DNA of 64,000 nucleotides from the human T2T-CHM13v2.0 reference genome, Homo sapiens: NCBI RefSeq assembly GCF_009914755.1, contig NC_060940.1; one strand, 5' to 3'. Shown here in pieces: positions 30,106 through 43,684 of this stretch. Within the stretch, counting starts at the first letter, position 1. The number at the start of each line of letters is the position of its first letter. The position numbers and the translations under genes are program-made. The notes under the pieces were generated by a model. That model worked only from the letters and a program-made list of their open reading frames with translations. It was not told the DNA's origin and made no database searches.

Positions 30106-31440
30106 TTGTATTTTCTGGATAGTCCATACAAACCCACATTCTCTACACTAATGGGTGCAAGTTTTACAACGAAGCTTTCTTTTTTTGGTTATGATAATTA
30201 GGCTCCCTTTCATGGGGACAACAACAGACAGTGTGGCTTCAGAATTCTATTTTGTGTCTGGTGCATGGGTACCAACTTTAAAAGCAGGTGGCTCCCTGGG
30301 AAATAACTGCAGAAGGAAGACACTTAGATGAAATTAGAAAAATTGGGCGTTACCTTCATGAGACACCATGGTGATAGGGCAGGGCAAGACTTGAGTGCTC
30401 CCAAATGCTGGTGACTCAAAAAGATGGTGTCAAGTTGAAGGACAGAGGCTCTTGATTCAGACTGCCTTGCTTCAAATCCTGGTTCTATCTCTTACCAAGT
30501 AGGATGATGAAATCTGGGCATATTAATGTCTCCAAGTCTTAGTTTCTCCACCAAAAAAAATGAGGATGCTGACAATAGTGCCTACCACAAGGAGGCTTCA
30601 AAGATTCAGAGAAACGAGGCATGTGATCTAATGGATAACAGAGTGACTGGCACACATGAGGGCTCTGGAAAATGTGAGCCATGGTTGTTAGCTGAAGAAA
30701 GAGGGGTCAGTCACTGATGTCACTGAGACAAGAGGCCAGGTATGATTGTAGAGGGCTTAGGGTGGGATGCTGGGAGTTTCATACATTGGGAACTGTAGAA
30801 AGGAGCCTATTAATTTCCTAGTGTGTGAAGCCTTCAAGGTTTGAATCATCCAGTCCTCAACTCTAGCTGTGGGCAGAGGATGTCTTTTGGGGTGTGAGTT
30901 CAGGCAGGTCTCCCTTTCTTTGAGACCTGTTATTTTCTATTTTTGATGGGGAGCCCCTGTGGCAGGTTTGTGTGATCCTGCCCTTAGGGTAAAGCTGATT
31001 ACACTTGATCCAGATTGGAACAACTAGACCATATCTCCTGGGGATTTATAACTGGGACTTGGTTTCCATTGGCACTGGAGCTGCGAGGATGTGTAAATTC
31101 AGGAGCTGTGGGACAGCCACGTTTGGCCATGTGCACTGAGAAAGTCTGTTTTAGAAAGAGAGAGATACAGAAAACATCAGTCATTTGGTGGTGGTGGTGG
31201 TGTGGTGGGTCATCCATTGTCCCACCCTCCTCTTCCTGTTTGGGGAATTTCCCTTTCTGTCATCTTGGTGGAAGCAAAGCTACTTCAGATCACAGAAACC
31301 CAAAAGGCCACATTCTTGTTTTTTAGCTCTTGGGATGCTAACGCAGGGGCAAGTGGTGCAGGCTTGGTCAGAGTTGCAAAGTAGCTGGACCACACTAGAA
31401 GGAACTGGGGATCTTTAGAGAAAAGTCTGGTACCTGGTCT

Positions 31441-32026
31441 TGTTATAGGTCCACCAGGTTTGTGGGCCTGCTGTGCAACAACCAATACACTGAGACAGCA
31501 GGGTTTGCAGAAGAGAAAAAAATTAACAATTGCAGGGCAGTTGAGAGAGGAGACAGGAGGGACACTCAAATCTGCCTCCTTGGGCAGATCTGGGCTGGGA
31601 TTTTTTAGGAGATCATGGAAGGTAAATAGCTGGAAAATTGGGGTTATTTGTCAGGGTATAGGGGATGAAATTGTTGGGATGTAAGAACTGCATTCTTTTG
31701 TGAGTCAGCTTCTCATGGAGTCCTTCAGACCAGCTGGTGTCAGCAGTTTCACTGGTGTGCAGAACCTGAAAGAATATCTCAAATAGAAAACTTAATATTT
31801 CACAATGATTAAGTTGTTATCTACAGAGAAGTTAAGGGGAGCTATACTCTTGTGACAGAGTCTATGTGATTCTGAAGGAATAGGCACCAAAAAACTACGA
31901 GGAAGCAGGTCACAGAGCAAGGTGGCTTCATGATTAATGCTGAATGTGCTGCAGACCTGGTTTATTTTTATTTCTCCCCCTCCTTCTTCCCTGATTAATT
32001 GTATAAAGTTTATAGATACAGTTCCA
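31441..32026 (-). mobile_element. ERV1/MER4-group solo LTR (LTR35-like, subfamily uncertain)
   Basis: TGTTATAGG...CCCTGATTAATTGTATAAAGTTTATAGATACAGTTCCA; 4-bp flanks GTCT / GTCC. Confidence 0.7.
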
Positions 32027-32737
32027 GTCCAGGATAGGAAATATATACCTGGAAATGAGCCTGGCAGATGTTTGTTATGTCAGAAAGCCAAGAAGTTACC
32101 CAAGACCAATGGGGTTCATCAGAAGAACACATGAACCATCTTAAAAGGGATTCCACCAGTCAACAATGGAACAAGTTGAGTATCAGTAGGGACATAACTG
32201 CAGGAGACTGAAAACACTTCTAATGTGTTGAAATGCAGGAGTTCATGAGGATACCACCACCACCATCAACAACAACAAAACTCACAGGTCCCTCTTGGAA
32301 GATGCTAGCATACCATTGCATTATTTTGAAAACTGATAAGGAAAGGGAGAGAATCAAGCATGCATTCTACTTTTCCCTATACAGTTTGTCAGGGAGGCCA
32401 AACAATTGAAGGGCATGTTTATCTTTGTAAGTATTCTAGCTAATAAATGAGGAAGGATTGAAAGAATTTCATCATTTTTAATACCTAATGAAATAAAGGA
32501 TTTAGAAAGTGATTGCCAACTGATATCCAAACAAAAGAGGCAAACAGACATCGTGGCTTCTTGATGGAAGTGTGCTCCCTAATCATGAAGCAGTTAACAA
32601 AGAACCAGAATGAAATCAAACCTCTAGATCTAACTACTTACTTCTAGGAAACACGGGAGAAACAGGAGTATGTTCAATTCAATCATGGAGATAGAATCAG
32701 TAATTCAGACTGTGGGTGAACTCTACAGGAACTGATT

Positions 32738-33035
32738 TCTTTTTTCCACTTTATTTTTTTAAATTGTTTTGTATGTATTTAAGGTGTATAACATGTTGTT
32801 TTCATATACATATAGGTAGTGAAAATGTTACTATAGTCAAACAAATGAACACATCCATCATCTCACATAGTATCTACTCTTTGAGCAAAAAATCACAAGT
32901 ACAACCCGATGTTATTAAGGACGGCTCTCGTGCTATACATTACATCTCCAGACTTGTTCATTCTACATACCTCTTACTTTGTATCCTTTGATCTACATCT
33001 CTCCATTTCCTTCCCCTCTCTCTGGCCCCTGGTAA
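32738..33035 (-). mobile_element. L1MA-like 3' end
   Basis: TATTTAAGGTGTATAACATG...ACATCCATCATCTCACATAGT. Confidence 0.75.
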
Positions 33036-33271
33036 CACACACACACACACACACACGCACACACACACAGAATATTCTCCTTCCTTCCTTCCTTCCTATT
33101 AAAAGAGACATGAGACATACCAACCAATGGCAAGGTATGGTTCTTATTTTCATCTAGAATCTAACAATAAATATGAGAGAAATACCTCAAGATAATCAGG
33201 TAAATTTCAACACCAACTCAGCATTTCATAGTTTTGAGGAATTATTTTTAATTTTTAAAGTGTGATGATAG

Positions 33272-33580
<309 letters not shown>

Positions 33581-33582
<2 letters not shown>

Positions 33583-33798
33583 TTCTTAATCAGGGACAAT
33601 ATTTCTCCCTAGGAGATATTTGTCAACGTCTAGATGTAGTTTTGGTTGTCACAACTGAGAGTGAAGAGGGTGATACTGGCATCTGGTGGGTAGAGACCAG
33701 GAATGCTGCTTAACATCCTACAATGCACAAGACAGCCCCCGACAGCAAAGAATTATCTGGTCCAAGATGTCAGCAGTGCCAAGATTGAGAAACGCCAT
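33581..33798. mobile_element. MER20 hAT-Charlie
   Basis: TTTTGGTTGTCACAACT...GGCATCTGGTGGGTAGAGACCAGG...CATCCTACAATGCACAAGACAGCCCCC. Confidence 0.9.
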
Positions 33799-34404
33799 TC
33801 TAGACATACATGTTGAAATTGTTTTGGATAAAATTATAGGATAAGTGGTATTTGCTTCGAAATATTATGAGGGTGGGGACAAGTGGGTAGGGAGACAAAT
33901 GAAACAAGATTGACTGTGAGCTGAGAATTATTTAAGTTGGCATTATACTGTGCTATTGTGTGTATGTATATATGAAAATATCAATAACAAAAGCTTATAA
34001 ACACGATGCAGGCATAGTGGAGATTGTATTCCAGCAGCAGTGCCTCAGCAGGACTCTGTGCCTGGTGCCAGCAGTGGAGCGGGTGCAAGCTGGGATGTTT
34101 GGTTCTTAGAGGCAGCAGCAGTGGTATCCTCACTAGGCTTGGTCTGTAGTGGGATTTTGGCTGCAGTTCTGGCTGTCTAGCTTTTCCTTGTTCCTGCTTG
34201 TTTTTATCTTGTTCCCTGAGCTTCCTAGAGATTCCGAGGCTTCTGATATCCTTTCAAAAATTCATTTTCTGTTAAAATCAGTCATAGTTAGTTTCTGTGC
34301 AGCTAAGGATTCCGATTGATTGAAGAAAAGAATGAAGCAGATGTATAGGGTGAAGCTGATGTGACAGACAATGGAAAAGAGAGAGAGAGAGTATTCTACT
34401 CCAT

Positions 34405-34657
34405 GGTTTCTTCCTTTGTCTCCTTCCTTCCTTCCTTTTCTCCTTCTCCTTCCTTCCTTCCTTCTTTCCTTCCCTCCTTCCTTCTTTCCTTCCTCTCTTC
34501 CTCCCTTCTTCCCTCCCCATCCCCCCTTCCCTTCTCTTCCATTTCCTTCCCCCTTCCTTTCCCTTTCCTTTCCTTCCTCCTTCCCTTCCCTTTCCTTCTT
34601 CCTTCCCTTCCCTTCCTTTCCCTTCCCTTTCCTTCCCTTCCTTTCTTTTTCTTCTCT
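34405..34657. repeat. (CCTT/CCCTT)n polypyrimidine tract
   Basis: Read directly from the sequence. Confidence 0.95.
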
Positions 34658-35119
34658 CACTATGTTGCACAGGCTGTTCTTAAACTCCTTACCAAACCAC
34701 CATCCTGCTATGTCTGCTTTTGTTCACTCCAGTGCAAATGTTCCATCAATATTTGTTTAATGAATAAATGATTGCAATTTGGCTTCAGACAAAGAATAAG
34801 CGTGGTGTTCATGCCATCAGAGGCATTCTGGTCCTCTTGGCATAATCCTTGTAGATGAACATTATGTATTTATTGTGGTATATACATTTGTCTCTTGTGA
34901 GTTTTGCTGGCATTTGTCATACTCTCTAAATGCCACTGACACTAGGATCCTGAGTCCTTGTGTTTGTGAGACTGGATAGGGAAGCATCCACCAAGGTCAG
35001 GCCCCTTGAGAGGCAGAGCTTGCCTTCTTGTCCTGGGAGATAGCCCTGTATTGATGGACGCAGCCCATCAAATTTCATTAACCAGTGTGGCAAATAGAAA
35101 AAAAAGTTATAAGCAGGTA

Positions 35120-35330
35120 GCCTAGGGTTTAAGAGAACAAACTTTGAGCCAAACAGCCTTGGGTTATGACCCTAACTCTGCCATTTGTTAATGTGTTATC
35201 TCAGGCAAGTATTAATAATTTAACCTCTCTACGCCTCAGTTTTCTCATCTGTAAAATGAACTATTTTAAGGATTAAGTAAATAAAAATATACATGCAAGA
35301 GCTGACACATAGTGAGCATTGTATAAGTGA
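35120..35330 (+). mobile_element. MIR
   Basis: TTAACCTCTCTACGCCTCAGTTTTCTCATCTGTAAAATG. Confidence 0.85.
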
Positions 35331-35628
35331 TATCATGATTACTAAACATTTGGTTTATTACTATCGTTGGGAGGTTCTTCTAGTATAATGACCACCAGCC
35401 AGGAGATGCCCAAAGTAGAAGATGGTCAACCTTAGGCCCACTTAAAGCTCCATGGCTCACATTCTGCCATTTACTCATCACTACAGTGATATCAGACATG
35501 GTTGATTCCTTTCGAGCCACAACATTAATTATGCAGCATCAGTAACTCCCAAGGGCCTCGTCTGGTGGAGGGAATTTGTGTGTGTTGGGCGTGGGGGTTC
35601 CAGGGTCCTGCTGACCTGGGATCTACTA

Positions 35629-35987
35629 CGTATTAGTCTGTTTTCATGCTGCTGATAAAGACATACCCGAGACTGGGTAATTTATAAAGAAAAAAGGTTT
35701 AATGGACTCACAGTTCCACCTGGCTGGGGAGGCCTCAAAATCATGATGGAAGGTGAAAGGCATGTCTTACATGGCAGCAGACAAGAGAATGAGAGCCAAG
35801 TGAAAGGGGAAACCCCTTATAAAACCAACAGATCTTGTGAGACTTATTCACTACCACAAGAACAGTATGGGGGGAAACCCCTCCATGATTCAATTAGGTC
35901 CTACCAGGTCCCTCCCACAACATGTGGGGATTATGGGAGCCACAATTCAAGATGAAATTTGGGTGGGGACACAGCCAAACCATATTA
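35629..35987 (-). mobile_element. THE1(B-like) MaLR solo LTR with 5-bp TSD
   Basis: GTATTAGTCTGTTTTCATGCTGCTGATAAAGACATACCCGAGACTGGG...GGGACACAGCCAAACCATATTA; TACTA on both sides. Confidence 0.92.
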
Positions 35988-36464
35988 TACTACCTTCTAC
36001 CTGTATGATCCAGCAGGGGACCTAATGTAGTTTACTCACCTGTGATAGGAAGGTAATTATCCTATCCCAGGTAGTTGTCAGTGAGAATTGGTGCAATAAT
36101 ACATAAAAAATTCATGGCACATGATGTGGAGGTTAACAAATGTTTCACGTCATTCCATTTACTTTTCCTTCTAGCTCTCAAGATTGGTAGCCACTCATTT
36201 CTGCCAAAGAGATCTTTTGGCTGGTTTGCTTTATTTCCTGTTTTGGGGAAAGGTGCTTAAGTACCTACTTGAAAGTGCCTTCAAGTTCACATGGTCTTGT
36301 ACTCCTGGGTTCAAGCTATTCTCCCACCTCGGCCATCCAAAGTGCTGGGACTACAGGCATGAACCGCTGTGTCTGTCGTCATGCAGCCTGAAGAAACATG
36401 TGGCAGGCCTCTCACTCTGTTACCACAAAGCACTATTACTTCAGATCATTTATCTTAGATGCCA

Positions 36465-36765
36465 ACAATTGGAAACCTGTGGATCTTCAAACCTGTTCTC
36501 TTCAGCTCACATGGAGTCTTTTAAATTGGGAAATTCCACTGACATTTTCACAGCTTCACTTGAAAAATCAAAGGACTTGGCAACCCTGGGCCCACATTTC
36601 CACAGGAAAAAAAAACTGGTGGTTGCTGAGCTATGGATGATGCCTCCAGCCAGGGAAAAATGGCTCAATTTCTCCATATTCCCCACCACTCTGTTCTCTC
36701 ACTCATCCACACGTATTTCACTTACTTCTTATATCTGGCTAGTCCCCAGAGGCATGTGAGATCAT
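36465..36765 (+). mobile_element. MER102-like DNA transposon
   Basis: CTTGAAAAATC...TGGCAACCCTGGGCCCACATTTCCAC...CCCCAGAGGCATGTGAG. Confidence 0.6.
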
Positions 36766-36768
36766 GTC

Positions 36769-37310
36769 TGTGGAGGTTTTAAATCATGACCCCAATTCTT
36801 TAACACTCCTCTCATCAAGAGGTGGGGTCTATGTCCCCTTCCATTGCACCTGACTGGGCTTGTGACAGCTTTGACAAATAGAGTAAGGCAGAAGTGACAC
36901 TATGTGACTTCTGAGGCTAGATCAATAAAAGGCCAAAACATCTGCCTTATTATTTTGGGGCACTTGCTCTGGGGGAGGTCAGGTGTCATGTAAGAAATAC
37001 AACTACTCTGAGACTGCTGTGCTGAAGAGACTACGTGTAGGTGCTCCTGGTGACAGCCCCGACTAAGCTCCCAGGTAACAACCAGCATCAACTGCCATCC
37101 ATGTGGGTGACCCAACTTGAAGCTGGATCCTCCAGCCACAGTTGAGTCTTCAGATGATTGCAGCCCAGCCAACATCTAACTGCAACTGAATGTGAAACCT
37201 GGATTTGTAGCCTGAGTGTCATGCACAAAATCATGAGCAAAGTAGAGTGCTTACTGTTTTATGGCATTAAGCTTGGCATGTTTGTTACACAGCAGAAATA
37301 TCTGGAACAA
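36769..37310 (+). mobile_element. MLT1F/G-like solo LTR
   Basis: TGTGGAGG...GGCAGAAGTGACACTATGTGACTTCTGAGGCTAG...TTTGTTACACAGCAG. Confidence 0.85.
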
Positions 37311-37432
37311 GGATGTTTATTTGGTCTATTTAGTAGGCATCAAACTTCCATAGGGTGCACTGGAAGATGATGTGAGTTCTTCCTTTTTCCAGTGGTTATC
37401 ATGAGAAGTAGGGATCAGAGTATAGTAGTGGG

Positions 37433-37680
37433 TTCATTCGTTCATTCATCCAACAGATATTTATTGGACATATACTATGTGCCAGACATTTAATAAACGC
37501 TGGAATTTTGGCAGTGGAACAAAGCGGACTAAGATCTCTGCCCTCAAGGAGTTAACATTCACTAACAGGAAAACAACTAATTACAAATAAGAAAATATAT
37601 ATTGTATATGAGGAGTTGATAAGGGCTATGGAGAAAAATGATGCAAGGGAGGACAATTAGGAGTCTGGAAGCAGGGAAGG
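37433..37680 (-). mobile_element. L2 3' end
   Basis: TTCATTCATCCAACAGATATTTATTG...CTGCCCTCAAGGAG. Confidence 0.85.
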
Positions 37681-37764
37681 GTGTGCTAGGACTCCTATTG
37701 GTGACCACTGAAGTATCTTAAATATCCTATTCAAGTATAATAATAACAACGATAATAATAACAA

Positions 37765-37970
37765 CAGCCATTTATTGAGTCCCTACTACTTATTGCCTTT
37801 TATATGTGTAATTCCACGTAAATTTCACGGTGACCCTTAGGGTTAGGAATGACTATCTCCATTTTATAGACGAGGAAAAAGTGACTTGGAGAGGTTAAGC
37901 ACATCACGGGAAGACTTAACACTGGCAAGTGACAGAGCAAGAATGAACACCCAAGACCGTCTGATTGTAA
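37765..37970 (-). mobile_element. MIR (donor of the templated insertion at ~40980-41085)
   Basis: CCATTTATTGAG...CCATTTTATAGACGAGGAAA...GAGAGGTTAAG. Confidence 0.8.
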
Positions 37971-39535
37971 CACTTTTTCCTTTTCCCCTAAGCTAGCCCT
38001 TCTTTCCCAGAGCTCCATTGTGTGGTGAATCAGAAACCCAACTGATGATTTCTGACTCCTCTCTGCAACGTCAAAGGAAAAGGAAAAAGAGAAAGAAAAG
38101 AGAAAACAATTCCCTTTGGAGAAGAAACAGTCAGGAAATGAAGGCACACACTTGAAAGATTATGTATTTAATGTTTATGACTCTTCCTCTTATCCCTCAA
38201 GTTTGGTTTAACATCTGACTGGCAAAGCTGACAATTTATGAGGATCTTGGGCAAGTAATCATGTGAAACTTCCCTGTGGCTGTAGCCATGGCAGGCAATT
38301 TATCCTACAGACTGTGGGGCTTTTCGGGTAAAATACTTTTCTAATATTTGTTTCCCTTCTGCTCATGCTTTTCCCGAAGGGCGACAAATGGCAGTAGTTT
38401 GCCAAGAAAACACTGTATATGATCTTGAGTGAGACTGTCCTTCTGCCTCAAGTCACTCTTTAAAAGAAAAGGAAGTGATTAATCCCTCACCTCATCCATA
38501 AGCCTGCATCTAAGTCTTTAAAACTCCAGTGGCCATTCCAAAGCTGTCTCTTTCTTCAGCAATCCAACTCCCTTCCTTTTCTCCCTTGGCCACTGGAGAG
38601 GAAAAAAAAGTACCACTTTTCTTTATTTTCTGTTAATCATCCAGATTTAGGTCTTCTGGGGAAAACAAAACCTTAGATAGGAGTCAAGATAGTGTGGGAA
38701 GCTTCCTTGGAAAAGTGTAAAATTGACTAAGATGATACTGGCAAGGAAGATTCTGGGCCAAGGAATAGACTCCCTCCCCACCATAGCCAGGCGGGACACT
38801 AATAGTGGCCAGGTCCTGTCCCAGGCATTTTGTGCTTCTTGTCTTCCTTAATCCTCCAGTCACCTGTGAGGGAGGCCTAATCATTAGCCTCATTGTAACG
38901 ATGAGCCAGTTGAATCTCAGAGGGGTGAGGTGACTTGCTGGAGGCCATATTACTAGGGTAGTGAGTTGGGGAAAGGACATTCCAGGCATAGAAAACAGCA
39001 GGAGAAAAGTGGGGAAGTGAGAACCAGCTCGTGATGCTAGCTAGAGGTGGCGGGGCATGGCTGGAGGGCTTGGTGTGGGCAAGGAAGTGTCAGGAGATGA
39101 GCTTGGGAAAGACTTTGGATACTCTGACTCTAAAGACAGGGAGAATTCCTGAGGGATTTTTAAGCTGGGGAGTGACATCATTTAACTTGCATTTTCAAAA
39201 ATCATTTCAGAGAATGAGCTGGATGAGGACCCAAGTAGAGAGAGGGTGGCTGCAGAGGAGGATCTTATCTCAGTGACCATGGTGGGAAGTGCAGGGGGTT
39301 TGAAGCAGAAGGCAATATCTGTATCTTTAAGGAAGACACAGTCCAGTGAGGAAGAGAAGGCCTTACGTATGAAGCCAGATGATGTGGTCACCAGGTGGTA
39401 CAGCACCAAGCCTGGTATTTGTGGAGCAGCAGATCCAGATTGGATCAACAGACTCTTCCAGTTTTGCTTTGGTCAAGAGAACCAAATGAGTTGGTTCTTG
39501 AACTCCCACTTTACCCTTAGGGCTCTCCTCTTCCC

Positions 39536-39537
<2 letters not shown>

Positions 39538-39570
<33 letters not shown>

Positions 39571-39601
39571 TTTGTGTGTGCATGTGTGTGTGTATATGTG
39601 T
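39538..39601. repeat. (TG)n microsatellite
   Basis: Read directly from the sequence. Confidence 0.95.
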
Positions 39602-41107
39602 ACAGGGGAACAACACCATGGTCACTGAACTAGGATAGAAACATTTTTAATTGTGAGATGTTGTGAGATGCTACTCCCCTCCCACCCCAGCCAAATTTCA
39701 TCAGCCCTCAAAATCATCTCAGCACAGTCTGATGTTAGCTAGAGCTGAATTCAAGTCTAAGCTTGCCACTTCACTGTGTGACTTCCAGTAGGTCATTTCA
39801 TCTCTGTGTACCTCTGTTTCCTTACCTGAAAAATGGGGATTCTTAAGCTATCTTCTTTGTAGGGTTGTTGTGAGGATGAGACAATGTGTGTTGATACAGT
39901 TATCTCAGATCCTAGCATGGAGTAAGTGCAAAATGAACATGAACCATTGCCTCTTGCCTTGTTGTTTGTAGCCTCATTCCCAGGTATGACAGCTTGACAC
40001 AATCTCAATGTTGGAGACCCTTTTTGGATTCTACACAGATCCCAGTGAATATAAGAAAGCCCAAATAAAAGACTAAACAAACCTGGACTGTCTCCAGTGG
40101 GTCCAGAACATCTGATTGCCAAGGGTGGCCTAAGGATCCTGGCGGGGGCACAGCCCGTGTGGTACTAGATGGGAGTGTCCTGGGACTCAGGGCCTCATAG
40201 CTGCCCTCCATCATCAGAAGCTCACAGCTGCATTTCCCAGCAGGGATCATTAATCATACCGGCCACTGATACCACAAACAATAGGGCTGAGGCTATTTGC
40301 CAGAGATCTAGGACAAATATGGTTCTTGGTTATTATCCTTGGTTCCAACCCAGTAGGGGGAGAAGGAGAAGCCCATTCTCACTTTTCTGTGGTCACAGGA
40401 TGTCATTGTTAGAGGCAAACCATAGGTGAGATTTGAATCTTACTTAACTCAGAAACTCAGTCCTTGTTTCCTTCTACCCTGTCCTTCTGCAAAACATCAG
40501 CAAATGCTGACCTGCTGGGAAATATTTGATGGTGCTGAAGGGGATGAAAAGGAAAGGAAAACCAGTGTGTATCCCATGTCCTGTCAATACCCTCTGCTAA
40601 TTCTAGGTTTTACTGCATGCTCACCACCACCCTGTGAGGTTGCTACTTTCATTCCCATTCTCACTTTAATTTTAAGTGGAGAGACTAAAGCTCAGAGAGA
40701 GGAAGTTAAATGCCCCAAGAAACACAGCTAGTTAGAGACTAAACTAATATTTCCTTGTACTTCTTCCTATGGGTTCTCACAGTTGTTCTATGGTTCCGTT
40801 TTAACAGATGAAGACACTGAGACTAGATAACTTACTCAAAGACTCACAGCAAAAAAAAAAAAAGAAAAGAAATTTCGAAAAGTGATAGAGATAGGTGTTT
40901 TGGACTGAAGTCTTGTGATTCTAAACCCCAGGTGACTTCCATTATCTAATCTACCTCCCTGTTACTCAAAGCATGGTCTGTGCTTTCAAGCCACTGTTTC
41001 CTCATGTGTAAAATGGAGATAATCATTCCTAACCCTCAGGGTCATTGTGAAATTTACATGGAAGTACACATATAAAAGCATAGTGGACTTCCACTATCTA
41101 ATCTACA

Positions 41108-41275
41108 TCCTTGCTACTCAAACCAGTAGCACTGGCATCACCTGAAACTTGTTAAAAATGTGGTTTCTCACCTAGATATACTGAATCAGAGTCTGCATTT
41201 TAATGCATTTAATGTAATCCCCGGGGGACTGTGGGTACACAAGTTTGAGGAGCAGTAGTCTACATGGGTCTATTT
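41108..41275. mobile_element. MER5A-like hAT element
   Basis: GGCATCACCTGAAACTTGTTAAAAATG...TACTGAATCAGAGTCTGCATTTTAA...AAGTTTGAG. Confidence 0.8.
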
Positions 41276-41309
41276 TTGCACTGAAAACATACTCACTGAG
41301 GACAAGGCA

Positions 41310-42110
41310 TTGCAGCAGCACATCTACAGAGGTAACACTAACAATCCATTCCTTCACTCTGTATACATGCCACTCCTCACACGAAGAGGTGGAAGTTGTT
41401 TCCACTCCCTTGAATCTGGGTTGTCATGTAGCTGGCTTTAACCACTAGAATGTACAAGAAGTGATGTTCTAAGATTTCCAAGAAGTTTTTACTTCTTGCC
41501 TTTGGGAACCAGCTGCTGTGCTGTGGGAAGCTTAAACTATGTAGAGCAGACACATGAGTAAGAATTGAGGCACTCTGGGTGGTAGCCCCATCTCAGCATC
41601 CAGCCAACCCTGACTGCCAGTCAGGTGAGTAATCCATCTTGAATGTTTCATCCCAGTTGAGCCCCCTGATCACTGTATCCCCAGGCAACATCACATAGAG
41701 CAGAAGAGTCACCAAGCTGAACCCAGTCAACCCAAAGACTCAGTGATAATAACATGGCTGTTGTTTCAAGGCATTAAGTCGTGGGTGGCTTGCTATGCAG
41801 CAATAAATAGTTAAAAGGGAAGTTGGTATCTAAAAGTAGAATGCTGCCATATCATGTGTCAGTCGCCTTGGAACTGGGCAGTGGATAAAGACCTGAAATG
41901 CCTCAAGAAGGCTGTTAATGGAGGCTGGAAGGTCAATGAGAAAATTGCTGTTGGAGACAGGAGAAAATGAAACTTGAATGATGAACTGCCAGAACAATTA
42001 ACAAAACTGTCCCCTGCAGTAACATGAAGATAAAAATGGTGCCTAATGAACCTGTCAATGGTTAAGGAGATTTCCAGTTAGACTGTTGAAAGTGCCAACT
42101 GACCCTTAGT
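41310..42110 (+). mobile_element. MLT1 (G/H-like) LTR followed by the start of MLT1 internal sequence
   Basis: ACTCCCTTGAATCTGG...AGAAGTGATG...GCTATGCAGCAATAAATA, then AAGTTGGTA...TTGGAACTGGGCAGTGG. Confidence 0.75.
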
Positions 42111-42149
42111 AGCTCAGAGCTAATTATTTTTGTTAATTAAAATTCAATA

Positions 42150-42530
42150 TAATTAAAAACCCAGTACCTTAATTGCACTAGCCACGTTTCAAGTGCTCAG
42201 GAGACACCCGTGGCTCCTCTGTTGGAAAGTATAGAATTTTATAGAGCATTTTCACCACTGCAGAAACTGCCACTGGACTGCCTCATCGAGAATTAGTCAT
42301 GGAACTTCCAGAAAGCAGATGACACACCCAAAGGGTTTCACTCAAGCATTGCTACTCAAAGTATAGTCTCTGGACTAACAACATAAGCATCATCTGAGCG
42401 CTCCTTAGAAATAAAACTTCTCAGGCCCTGCCCAGACTTACTGAAGCAGAATCTCCGGGAATGGGGCAGGAATCTGTGTTTTAATCAGCTCCACTTCCTG
42501 GTGATTCTTATGCACTTTAAGAAATACTAA
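42150..42530. mobile_element. MER3-like (~42150-42280) and MER5A-like (~42345-42525) fragments
   Basis: GCACTAGCCACGTTTCAAGTGCTCA; CTCAGGCCCTGCCCAGACTTACTGAAGCAGAATCTC. Confidence 0.7.
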
Positions 42531-43684
42531 AGAAAAAAAGAGTCGAATAAAGGGACTATTATATAGGTGAGGGCAGGGCTAAGGAAGACAGCAACGGACA
42601 GTGAAACAGGAATTAGCAGAGGGGAACAGTATTCATGGACCCCAAGGAGAACTGGAGCCCTGAAATAGAGGCTCGTGGGCAGCCAAGGGGCACAGCCATT
42701 CTAGAGCTGGGGCAGTGGAGGAAGGGTTGGGGGAAAGAGGTAACTAATATCCTCACACCTCCCTCCTCTGCCCTCTGATATATATATATTTTTTACTGGA
42801 ATTCCTATTGGCCCAAACCAAGCCAGAGGGCAAAGAAGTCTCCTCTGTACAGAGCAGGGCAGAAAAGGATGAAGAATGGATCTGGAAGGGCAATGAAATC
42901 TAACCAGCACACGTGGATTTGATGTGTTAGCCATATTTTTTAAAATTCACGTTTAATATACAAATGCATAACTATTAATATTAAAAAAGATGTTAGAGTG
43001 CTGTTGAAAATAATTTTATTTACAATATTTTGGGGACCTATGCTGTGAGCAATGAGGTCTCACCATACAATTTTAACAAAGGAAATAACCACTATTGGTG
43101 TCTCCTCCCCTCCCCTCCCTTCCCTCTCCCCTTCTTTCCCTTCCCTTCCCATTCTCTCTTCCCCCTTCTCACTCTCCCTCTCTTCCCTCTCCTTATCCAT
43201 CCTCATAATATGTAACAATATTATAGTAAATAGAGTATTGTGTCCTGTCATTTTCATTAAAAGTTATGTTTTGTACATTTCCTTGTGCCATTAAGGATTC
43301 TCTGAAAACATGTTTTTTGGTGGCTGTGCAGATGGTTTAAAGACGATTGTTGTTGTAAGCTGTCTCAAATCCTTTTGGGAAGTAGGTGGTGTATAACGCA
43401 TAAATTATAAATGAAAAGCAAGTTGTTCTTAATTATACCCTCAACCTCTAAAGTGCAGTAGCTCTTTGTGGATCTGTTTGTACAAAGCCACAGAGATGGA
43501 AGGGACAGTCACAATGACCAAAAAGAAGCCACCAGGTGGAAGGGCTTTGAACTGGGAAGGGGATTCAGGCCCAAGCTCTGTCCAGTCTCTGACCATGTGA
43601 CCTTGGAGAAATCTCATTGGTCAGATGAGGGTCCTTGGACCAGCTGAGGGTCAAGGTCTCCTTTAGTTCTGATTTTGATTTCTT

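Noticed and set aside
34262-34771. Overlapping K/E/G/R-rich and F/P/L/S-rich ORFs
   Set aside because: Artefacts of the (CCTT)n tract.
36184-36759. 191-aa ORF
   Set aside because: It runs through an Alu fragment and a MER102-like element and has no protein similarity I recognise.
39385-43545. CTCF-like words GGTCACCAGGTGGTAC (~39386) and GCCACCAGGTGGAAG (~43528)
   Set aside because: Each mismatches the core consensus and cannot be supported without a matrix score or ChIP data.
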